Assembly (NCBI RefSeq): GCF_000143415.4
Contig: NW_003314359.1
Coordinates: 591,610-605,037 of the forward strand
Length of the DNA: 13,428 bases
Origin: Selaginella moellendorffii
Taxonomy: Eukaryota; Plantae; Lycopodiophyta
Direction: 5' to 3'
A program made the translations under genes and the position numbers. Below, one piece after another: positions 1-8,680 of the stretch (positions are counted from its first letter, which is position 1; every line of letters begins with the position of its first letter). The notes below the pieces were generated by a model. The model made no database searches. It was not told the DNA's origin and saw nothing but the letters and a program-made list of their open reading frames with translations.

Positions 1-360
1 GCTTTGAGTGCAGGGATCCAAGGTTTGAAGATGTCACATGGATCTTGCCAACTCAATCGATATGTCCAACATAGGTCTTCTGCATCACATCTGCCATCAT
101 CCTTCACTGTGTCTCAAGCAAAACTTGTAGAAACCTGAGTGGTTTTGAAACTGTTGGATCCTGTGCACATTGAATGGGTGCTAGAATTGCATGTAGTGGT
201 GTAGCTCCTCTTTAACACATAAAAATCTCCTATAACTTTAAAGGCATGTTGCTTTTCCATGCTAAGCCAATGTTCTGGAAAACATTCCAATGTCATTTTC
301 GCCCTCAGGTATGCCCTCTGTAACATGTTCTAGACACGAAGCCCAAATAGCTTATATGGT

Positions 361-773
361 AACTTGTTGGAAGAAATGCATAATCCAACACCCCCTACAC
401 TTTTGCCACACTCACTCCTGGCTACTTATGTGGCGTGCTTAGTTAAATGTTTAATGATTAACTCTAAATTGATAACATTAAATATTATTTAGTAGATGTA
501 ATGGGTATGTTAATGACTATAATTTTATAATTAGCCAATGAATGAATGCCTAGTTTATAAGTATATAACCTATGCTTTACTTTAGGTTTTTTCATATTGT
601 GTTATAGTAGAATAAATAGTAAAATTTATTTTGTACTTTTAAATACTTAAAAATAATTGAAAAATAACAATTTATAGTAATGAAGTGGCATGTCTATGTA
701 AGCAATGAGGTGGCATGCATGTCCAAATAAGCATAAAAAGGGGTGCTATATCATGCATTCTACCCAACTTGTT
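361..773. mobile_element. Degenerate MITE-like (non-autonomous DNA transposon) relic with imperfect terminal inverted repeats
   Basis: 361-396 (aacttgttggaagaaatgcataatccaacaccccct) aligns ungapped to the reverse complement of 738-773 (aacaagttgggtagaatgcatgatatagcacccctt) at 25/36 positions. Subterminal tgccac/gtggca motifs lie near both ends (about 405, 685, 710). The interior is AT-rich and non-coding. No target-site duplication identified. Confidence 0.45.
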
Positions 774-1092
774 CAGGTGGCATGTGATCCACACATCGAA
801 TCTTTTGCCTTGATGTGATTGAACGATCAAGACTGACAGTTTGACAGCAAAGGCCGCCTAGTTAAACGTCCTGTTCCTCCAATACCATGACTTCGGTCAG
901 TAGAACATAGCTAAAGAACTCACAGAGAGATCAACATTAATCCATATTCAGATAGAAACTGTGAGAGATACACGGTTTTTTGCTCCTCAACAAGGAAAGA
1001 CACGCAGATTCCTTATCTGTCACGAACAGCACATTGCACCGTCTTCTTATACTGCATCAGTATTGGGAGCAGGGAGTATCATTGAATTTGCC

Positions 1093-1101
1093 ATGGGATG
1101 A
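1093..1101 (+). promoter_or_regulatory. Minimal upstream ORF (Met-Gly-stop) overlapping the PPR start codon
   Basis: gccATGGGATGAtc: ATG at 1093 in a strong context (G at -3 and +4), then GGA, then TGA at 1099-1101, which overlaps the main ATG at 1098. Function is inferred only. Confidence 0.35.
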
Positions 1102-4073
1102 TCAGCTTGGCCAGAAGAAGAAAAGAGGAATGGAGCAACAACATCAGCATTCAATCCATGATCCAGCAATGCGCGGCCGCAGGAGACTTGGCAGCTGCCA
1201 AAAGCCTCCACGCGAGAGTCACGGAGCTCGGGTTAGATCGAGGCACGGTCGTTGGGAATCTCCTGGTGAGAATGTATGGCATGTGCGGGAGTGTCACAGA
1301 TGCTCAAGACTGCCTTGCCCGCATCTGGCATCCAAACGTTTTCTCGCAAAACATCATAGTGGCAGTGTATTCCCAAAACGGGCATCTCCACGACGCCAGA
1401 TGCGCTTTCGATGCCATGCAGGACAAGAATGTGGTTTCCTGGACAACAATGCTGAGTGCCTACTCTCAAAACAGCCAATTGGATTCAGCATCACAGTTCT
1501 TCGCGAATATGCCACTGCGAAACGTTGTATCCTGGAACGCAATGATCACTGCATATGCCCAAAGCGGGCATCTCGACAAAGGACTGCGAATATTTGACTC
1601 GATGCCCGGCCGAGACCTCGCCTCCTGGACGGCCCTGATCTCGGCACCCAGCGCAGGTGCCACGCTCGTGGAGCGAATATACTCCCTGCTCCCTGCGCGG
1701 GAGCTAGTGTCCGGCACCGCCGCCATCGCCGTATATTCCCGGGCAGGGAATCTCGACGCCGCGCGTTCCGTATTCGATTCAATGCCCGAGCACAACGCCG
1801 TCTCTTGTAACGCGATGATCGCCGCCCTCTCCAGCGTCGGCGCTCTCGACTCCATCCAAGAAATCTTCGCGCGAATGCCCCATCGGACCGCCGTCTCTTG
1901 GAATTCCGCGATCCAAGCGCATGCCGCGATCGGGCATCTGGAATGCGCAAAATCCCTCTTCGATCTGATGCCCCAGCGCGACTCCGTGTCCTGGACGCTC
2001 ATCGTTTCGGCGCTTGGCGAGCAGGGATTCGTTGGCGACGCTCGAATGGCCGCTGATGGAGCGCCGGAGCGATGGATCTCCCTCTGGAACGCCCTCGTCG
2101 GGGCACTCGCGAGGAACGGCTACATGGACGAAGCCCAGGTGGTCTTTTTCTCCATGGATTCCAAGAACGCAACCACGTGGACGGCCATGATCGGCGGGCT
2201 CGCCAGCTCGGGAGACATCGACGGCGCCGAGCGGGCTTTCGCGGAGATGCCCGAGCGGGACTTGGTTTCCTGGACTGCCATGCTGTGGGGGTATGCCCAG
2301 AACGGGCATGCCGCCTCTTCCGCTAGAGTTTTCTGGAGAATGCCGTGCTGGGACGCTGTCGCCTGGAACGCTTTGATTGTCGCTAGTTCGGAGCCGGGAG
2401 ATGAGCTGGAAGAAGATCCCAAGAGCCTGTTCGATCGAATGCCTGGACGGAACTCTGGATCCTGGAGCGCCACCATCACCGCTCTCGTGCACAGCGGTCA
2501 GCTTGACGAGAGCCGGGAGGTTTTCGACAGGCTGCCAAGCTCCGACGCCGCAGCGTGGAGCACTCTGATCCAAGCTTATGTGAACTCGGGACGGATTTTC
2601 GACGCTCGGGAGCTGCTCGAAAGAATGCCGTGTCCAGACGGTGCTTCCTGGACAACGATGGTTAAAGCTTGTGTCGAAAGCTGGCCAGTAAGACAGATGA
2701 TCACAGACCTCTGTTGGCGATTCGACTTGGAAGGCACACGGGTTGACGAGATATCGCTCGCAGCCATTGTGGAAGCCTGCGGCTGCCAAAAAACTCTTGC
2801 CGAAGGAAAGTTGATCCACCAGGAGCTCGACGCTGCTTGTTTCTCCTCGTTCTCCAGGCTGCTCATTGCTGCTTCGTTGGTCGACATGTACGGGAAATGC
2901 CGGAGTCCACACGATGCGTGGCTCATCTTCGCAGCCATCAGCCAAAGCCACAGCCGACTTTCTTCTTTCCAGGATAACAGCAGCAACTCTGAAGAAGTCG
3001 ATGAAGTCGTTCTTTGGACTTCGATGATCTCCGCCTTCGCTCAAAACAACCTCAGCTCCAGCGCTCTTCAACTCTTCCACCGGATGCTGCTCGAAGGCAT
3101 CCAGCCGGACGTCATCGCCTACACCACGGTTCTCGATGCGTGTGGAGTAGTGCAGGCCAGAGCCGAAGGCAAAGTCATCCACTCGAGCATTACTGACGCT
3201 GGTTTGGACACACGGGCCGCCATAGCCAGTTCTCTCATCACCATGTACTCCAAGTGGGGGTGCATAGACGAAATAGAGCACGTTTTTGACAAGGTGGTTC
3301 TGCCGAACGTGGTGGTGTGGACTGCGTTGATCTCAGCTTACGCTCACAATGGTCACGGCCGCCTCGCTCTTCACAGCTTCGCTAGAATGGACGCCGAAGG
3401 TGTCCAGCCCGATCACGTAACCTTCATCAGCGTTGTCGATGCCTGTGCCTCCATTCCCGAAGTTACCCAAGTCAGACTTCTTCATGACGAGATTTCCTGT
3501 TGGAACTTGGATCACCATCCTCAACTTCAGAATGCTCTTTTGAGTCTCTACTCCAAGTGTGGCTGTGTCGATCGAGCCAGGATCATCTTTGAAAGGCTTC
3601 CAACCGTCGGTGTCATCCCAGGGTCTGCGATGCTACAAGCTTATGCTGAAAACGGGCACGGCCACCAGACGCTGAGCTTCTTCAGGCTTATGGTGCTCCA
3701 AGGCGTTCATCCTGAGAACGTCACCTTCCTCAGCATTCTCTCGGCTTGCAGCCATGCGGGCCTTGTTGAAGTTGGTTGTGACTACTTCGCCTCAATGAAG
3801 CAAGACTACGAAGTTGAAGAGACTGTGGAGCATTTTACGTGCATGGTCGATCTGTTTGCCCGGTCTGGAAAGCTGGAAGAAGCAGAGGAGCTGATTGGCA
3901 GCATGCCCTTCCAGCCCGAGGACTTAGCATGGCTGGCTCTATTAGCTGGTTGCAGAAGCTATGGACATGTTGAGCGGGGTATCCGAGCAGCATCACGAGC
4001 TCTGGAGCTCAATCCAACAAAAACTTCTGCTCCTTATGTCTTGTTGTCCGGTCTAAATGGAGACTGTAAATAA
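1098..4073 (+). CDS. Pentatricopeptide repeat protein, PLS class, E subgroup (E1 plus partial E2, no DYW); probable organellar C-to-U RNA-editing specificity factor
   Basis: 991-aa uninterrupted ORF. About 28 PPR motifs by manual segmentation: 31-aa S/SS repeats (e.g. VVSWNAMITAYAQSGHLDKGLRIFDSMPGRD), P-L-S triplets (SLVDMYGKC, ALLSLYSKCG), canonical L2/S2 (VTFLSILSACSHAGLVEVG...EHFTCMVDLFARSGKLEEAEELIGSMPFQP), E1 (AWLALLAGCRSYGHVERG) and the E2 start (PYVLLS). An in-frame TGA at 1083-1085 bounds the ORF upstream. Confidence 0.96.
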   Translation: MISLARRRKEEWSNNISIQSMIQQCAAAGDLAAAKSLHARVTELGLDRGTVVGNLLVRMYGMCGSVTDAQDCLARIWHPNVFSQNIIVAVYSQNGHLHDARCAFDAMQDKNVVSWTTMLSAYSQNSQLDSASQFFANMPLRNVVSWNAMITAYAQSGHLDKGLRIFDSMPGRDLASWTALISAPSAGATLVERIYSLLPARELVSGTAAIAVYSRAGNLDAARSVFDSMPEHNAVSCNAMIAALSSVGALDSIQEIFARMPHRTAVSWNSAIQAHAAIGHLECAKSLFDLMPQRDSVSWTLIVSALGEQGFVGDARMAADGAPERWISLWNALVGALARNGYMDEAQVVFFSMDSKNATTWTAMIGGLASSGDIDGAERAFAEMPERDLVSWTAMLWGYAQNGHAASSARVFWRMPCWDAVAWNALIVASSEPGDELEEDPKSLFDRMPGRNSGSWSATITALVHSGQLDESREVFDRLPSSDAAAWSTLIQAYVNSGRIFDARELLERMPCPDGASWTTMVKACVESWPVRQMITDLCWRFDLEGTRVDEISLAAIVEACGCQKTLAEGKLIHQELDAACFSSFSRLLIAASLVDMYGKCRSPHDAWLIFAAISQSHSRLSSFQDNSSNSEEVDEVVLWTSMISAFAQNNLSSSALQLFHRMLLEGIQPDVIAYTTVLDACGVVQARAEGKVIHSSITDAGLDTRAAIASSLITMYSKWGCIDEIEHVFDKVVLPNVVVWTALISAYAHNGHGRLALHSFARMDAEGVQPDHVTFISVVDACASIPEVTQVRLLHDEISCWNLDHHPQLQNALLSLYSKCGCVDRARIIFERLPTVGVIPGSAMLQAYAENGHGHQTLSFFRLMVLQGVHPENVTFLSILSACSHAGLVEVGCDYFASMKQDYEVEETVEHFTCMVDLFARSGKLEEAEELIGSMPFQPEDLAWLALLAGCRSYGHVERGIRAASRALELNPTKTSAPYVLLSGLNGDCK
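1338..2639 (+). repeat. Tandem array of 14 short (SS-type, about 93-bp) PPR coding repeats
   Basis: aa 81-514 divides into 12 units of 31 aa, one of 29 aa and one of 33 aa. Units start xxSW[T/N]-like and mostly end F..MP.R[D/N]. Confidence 0.85.
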
Positions 4074-4601
4074 CGATTTTGGAAAAAATGCTTAAAACAC
4101 CATGATAAAACTTTAGAAACAAAATCCATCATAAAAGCTAAAAAGCTAGCACTGAGACATAGTATACAACAAGAGCACAACATAGATTAATTTCCCTTTG
4201 AAATTGCTTGTTGAAGCATTTGGCAAACCTGGCTTGGAGCTCTTACAAATGAGAGGAAAAAAACTAAAATTTTAGCAAATTTTGTGATTGATATTCCTCC
4301 CAGAGAGAAACTCATATATAATCCTTGTCCAAGGTGAGAGTGAGATTTACATTTTCAAGCAACACCCAACAACAGCTTGAGGGATGCTTAACAGGATAAC
4401 ACAATAGCAATGTAGGCTGCCCTTTTTGGGTGATGAGGGGCAATATGTTGCTATTAGCAAATGATAAACAAGACATGCCAATGGTAACTAATGATGAGGT
4501 CAAAAGGAGGATTTGAGTGGTATGACAGGCTTTCAAGCGTAGTAGTCCAATTGACAACCACACTGAGGGTGATGGCATTGGAGTTATTGGTGATACATAT
4601 C

Positions 4602-5212
4602 TTTCTAAAGGATTTGCCATTAAAAGTACCCTCTAGCCATGAAGTTGATCATTGGATTGGGGTTATTTTGGGTTCTAAACAAATTATAAAAGCTTTATAC
4701 TATTTAAACATTAAGAAGATGAATGAATTCAAAAAATAACTCACATAGCTCCTTGAAAAAGGTTATATCCAATTAAGTAAATTGCTTTATGAAGCGCCAG
4801 TCCTTTTTGTTGTGAAAAAGGATGGTACTATGAGAATGTGTATTGATTATTAAATTCTCAACAAAATTATAGTAAAAAATAATTATCTTTTGCCTCACAT
4901 TAATGATTTGTTGGACCAACTTTTAAAGCTAAATATTTTATGCAACTTAATTTGTAGTTTGGATATCATCAGATACAAATGGTAGATCAAGATGTGGAAA
5001 AAACAACTTTTAAGACTTGTTATTGGTTTTACAAATTCCTTGTTATGCCACTTATGCTATATAATGCCCTAGCTACATTTAGTACAATGATGGATAAAAT
5101 ATTTAGAGATTATTTAGACACATTTATTATCTTATATATTAATAATATTCTAGTATTCAATAAAACATTAAAAGATCATTTGAAACACTTGCAGTTAATG
5201 TTTTAGAAGTTG
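4602..5212 (+). mobile_element. Decayed Ty3/gypsy LTR-retrotransposon pol fragment (N-terminal to catalytic part of reverse transcriptase), pseudogenised
   Basis: Read through stops and one frameshift near 4922: DLP..PSSHEVDHWI...KK*LT*LLEKGYIQ...APVLFVVKKDGTMRMCIDY*ILNK...NNYLLPHINDLLDQL / KAKYF..LNL*FGYHQIQM...DVEKTTFKT...YKFLVMP..LYNALATF...YINNIL. This matches gypsy RT motifs. The catalytic YxDD reads YINN (5135-5146). Confidence 0.93.
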
Positions 5213-5220
5213 TAAAAATA

Positions 5221-5350
5221 TATTGGTTTGTTTGCTCATGAGGTTTGGGGCCTTTGTTTTCTCTCTTTATGTCACCTATAAACAGGGTTATATCATCTTT
5301 TGTAAGCTGGGTGACACCTTAAGCAATAAAAGTGGCTAATTCTATTGATT
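5221..5350 (+). mobile_element. LTR-like remnant (U3/R-type signals)
   Basis: cctataaa (about 5275-5282), then ttgtaa, then caataaaa (about 5324-5331), the order typical of plant LTRs. Boundaries are uncertain. Confidence 0.3.
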
Positions 5351-5550
5351 GTTTCTTTGTCGGCAATGGTTGGAAGGAGTCTGAATGGTAGTGCATTTGC
5401 ATTATTGTATTAAATAGAGAAGTTACCCCCTACTTCATTTAAGTTAGTGCATTTATCACAAAGTGTGAACACTATGAATTTTTTTTAAAGTTGTTTCCTT
5501 GGTAGTGGTCTAGATTAGAGTATGCATTGACAAGGGTGTTAATCTTCCCT

Positions 5551-5570
5551 AAAAGAGGGAGATTGTCACA
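5551..5570 (+). mobile_element. Polypurine-tract-like motif followed by a TG LTR start
   Basis: aaaagagggaga-t-TGTCACA resembles the plant LTR-retrotransposon PPT/3'-LTR junction (A/G-rich run then TG). Confidence 0.4.
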
Positions 5571-5899
5571 AATGTAATTGTGGGTATCAAAAGTTATTAG
5601 TTGGTGAGTCTTTTTAGATATTTTTTTTTTATTGCTATGACGGTAGGAAGTCAGTATTGTTAGACATTTTTTCAATCTCCACCCAAGTTAGTTAAGAAAT
5701 TAGTTTTTGCGGGTGTGCTTAGTTAGAAGAGTATAAGGATGGAATTTCTAAGTGGTATTAGTGACTTGATTAAAAAAACTCAATTATTAGTATGCATTTG
5801 CTAGTGTTGGTAACTTTCGTGATATTAAGCTTAGTCCCTCAATACTTGCTAAATGATATTTTACTGTATCTGCAAAAACACTTTTATTATTTTAGTCCT

Positions 5900-6383
5900 A
5901 TTAACTATTTATAGAAAGTGTTTAAAAGGGGTGGTTGAAATGTATAGTAGAGATAAGTCAAGTATAGCCCACCAACCTAAGGTATAGTTGAGTTACTATT
6001 TGCATGTTTATCTTTGTTCTGCATCTGCTTGGGTTGAAGCCCAAGTTTTATACCATGCTAGCTAATAGAGTACCCATATCCTCATGTTATACCACTAGTA
6101 TACTAAAATAACATTAGACTTTGTTTAACTTTGTTTTGAATGTTGGCCCTAGCATTGGGATGTTGGAAACTCTATGACTATTCTAATGTCACTTTGTGCT
6201 AGTGTCCCTTTGCTCTTTAAATTGTACACTTGAGAGTTGTTCCATGCTCCAGTTCTTTATATTTCTTGGCTAATGCTTGGGAATTTAGCTCCATTTATTC
6301 ATTCAGTGGCCTAAGGCCTTGAACTTGGGTTCTACTCTACTGCCTTTGGCCCACATATCCAAGGGGGTATTTGGATATCAACA
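5900..6383 (-). repeat. LTR-like dispersed repeat, copy A (homologous to 12492-12870 in opposite orientation)
   Basis: The reverse complement starts TGTTG at 6383, shares collinear blocks with 12524-12790 and carries CTATAAATAG (5914-5905) downstream. The low-coordinate end is approximate. Confidence 0.6.
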
Positions 6384-7579
6384 TGATCCACAAAAAAAGA
6401 TCACAACCACTTTTACTATAAGACTAGAGATACAAGAGAATCATTAGAGCAGCTTATTGAAAGGGCAACACACTTAGTTTTTGTATTAGTCCTATTGAGA
6501 TATGAGGAATGTGTACATATGTTTATAAATAAGATAACATTGTTGCACATCACTAATACATTTGTCGCTGCTCTTGATGCTTCTATTTGCAAGGAAAAAT
6601 TAAATCAAGGGCATATATAATCCACTCTTGTAAAAAGTGTTAAGCTTACTTATAGTAAAGATGTGCAAACATGGAAGAAAGTTAAAGGTGTTTCTGACAA
6701 AATGATGATTTCAGGTATGGTCATAGTTCTCACTTAAGAAGGGGTACAGGAAGTTTTAATAGAAATAATTTTTTTTTAAAAATTTTGCATAAGAAAATCA
6801 TATCCAAGAATATATAAAACTTTACTGCATATAACATGCAAAAATGTCTGGTTGTTTAGTAGTAGTGTTAATGATAAATGGAAGTTTATAGTTATAAATA
6901 TATTTATAAGTTGCAATCACAAGATTAAAATTATTATATGGTGGAATAAACTAGAATATACTGTTTAAAAAATTTATAAATTAAAAACGTATTTATAATT
7001 TATAAATACAAGATTAATTGAAAAGAATAACAACCATTAGATAGTAGAACATCCTAAGATATTCCAAGTAGGTATATCCACTACCACCCTAGTCCCTTTA
7101 TAGGTTTCTTAAGCAAACCAAGAAAACATGTATTCATTTATTAGGTTATTAAAATTAATATAACTTCTCCAAATTGATAAAAAAAAACGAAAAAGGACTC
7201 TAGGAATTAATTCTCTGCTGTTGACAGAAATTTAAATAAATAAAATATTATTTTAACTATAAAAATATTTAAATAATTAATATAAACATATTTTATTTTA
7301 TATATTTATTATATGTCTAATTTTATATCTTCCAAAAGTTTTTATTTGTTTAGTATAGTTTAGGCTTCCTCAAAATAAATAAACTAGATGTTAGACTTTC
7401 ATTAAATTTTCTACAGTGGATTTAAATATATCTTATTATTAATTCTATATTGACATAACATGTTTGATTGATATATTTAATAATATATGAGATTATAAAA
7501 TATATAGTAATGGTGGAAATTAATGCTAGAACTGTTTTAAAGTTTTATTATTTAATTTTTATCATTTTTTATTGAAATA

Positions 7580-7718
7580 NNNNNNNNNNNNNNNNNNNNN
7601 NNNNNNNNNNNNNNNNNNNNNNNNNNNNNNNNNNNNNNNNNNNNNNNNNNNNNNNNNNNNNNNNNNNNNNNNNNNNNNNNNNNNNNNNNNNNNNNNNNNN
7701 NNNNNNNNNNNNNNNNNN
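7580..7718. other. Assembly gap (139 N)
   Basis: Run of n characters. Confidence 1.
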
Positions 7719-7912
7719 TTTCTCATATTATTTATCCATCAACAAATGTCCTCTTAAACTTCTTCAAGAGAAGGTAAATCAAGCTATACACCTTGTGGAC
7801 ATTGAACATTAAATATAGCAATTGCTAGCAGCATAGAATTTTTGTTTAGCAAATCCACTAATGCTGAAACAACAAGTTCATCAAAAATACAGGAAGATAG
7901 TAAACAAAGAAG

Positions 7913-8680
7913 AGGAGCTTGAGAAAGGGTGTCAATATTAACTATAGAACTCACCAAGCACTAAACAATCTCAAAGTTATATATTTGAAATTTTAGAGCT
8001 CATTAGATAGTTTTCCTTCAATAATGAAGTAACCATGGCATGATCACCTTATAACAATGTATGCAAATTATGCAAGTTCACATAAAACTTCTCAAAACCC
8101 CAAATAATTGTTAGACACTTTTTCTCTATTGTAATAATTCACCTCCACTAATTGTAATGTACAATTGATGTACAAAATGAGATGATGTTAATTAGGCATA
8201 TTTATGCTCTTTTGCATCATCCATATGCAAGATGAAAAATCAAGTGTAGTAAATATAAACTAAAATTGAAGAAGTCATCAATACCTCTCTAAGATCTATA
8301 AATGTCTACTTATAGTTCTCAAATCAAATGAAGAATGATATGGACAACTTCAACAACACTCGCAATGGTGTAATACAATAATAAATTGATCAATAAAAAT
8401 ATCAGAATATTGCATTTTCTCAATAAAGGATTGTACATTATTCATACACTTTAGAGTAAGAAACTTCAGAATAGTTTCAAGTTTGTTAAAATCAACTTAT
8501 AAACCTTCACAAGAAATGTGGTACCCAAGATAAATTGTGTCCTTGGACTTAAATATACACTTTGATTGCTTCAACTTTAAACCAATTTTTTGTAATTGAT
8601 CTAACACCTTGTGAAAATCACAAATATGCTCCTCCCACATTACTTGAGAGTGAATAAGATATCATCAATGAAGCTAATAG
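7913..8680 (-). mobile_element. Decayed Ty3/gypsy pol fragment (RT catalytic motif, RT C-terminus, connection, RNase H), pseudogenised
   Basis: Minus-strand translation across stops and frameshifts: FIDDIL (8672-8655) / WEEHICDFHKVLDQLQKIGLKLKQSKCIF...YLGYHISCEG...VQSFI / TPLRVLL...TFIDLREVLMTSSILVY...FFILHMD / EVNY / IEKKCLTIIWGFEKFYVNLH...GDH / YNFEIV...NIDTLSQAP. This is gypsy RT followed by RNase H. Confidence 0.9.

Noticed and set aside
114-326. 70-aa minus-strand ORF
   Set aside because: Short, with no recognisable motif. It may be repeat-derived but I cannot support a call.
1338-2639. Regular 93-bp periodicity as a CRISPR-like or non-coding array
   Set aside because: Fully explained by protein-coding PPR repeats. 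No identical DNA repeats or spacers.
1779-3281. 500-aa antisense ORF and the other ORFs overlapping the PPR gene (980-1597, 1466-2002 and similar)
   Set aside because: Shadow frames of a GC-rich, codon-biased repetitive CDS. No recognisable motifs.
4491-5206. ORFs 4491-4739 and 4979-5206 as independent genes
   Set aside because: They are stop-to-stop pieces of the decayed gypsy RT.
7068-7093. Possible Helitron 3' end (weak hairpin then CTAG-T)
   Set aside because: The hairpin is short and bulged, spacing is atypical, and no Rep/helicase motifs were found.
7572-7757. 61-aa ORF
   Set aside because: Artefact of translating the N gap.
4602-8680. Idea that the two gypsy fragments are halves of one inverted element
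   Set aside because: Both contain the YxDD region (YINNIL versus FIDDIL) with dissimilar following sequence, so they are separate insertions.
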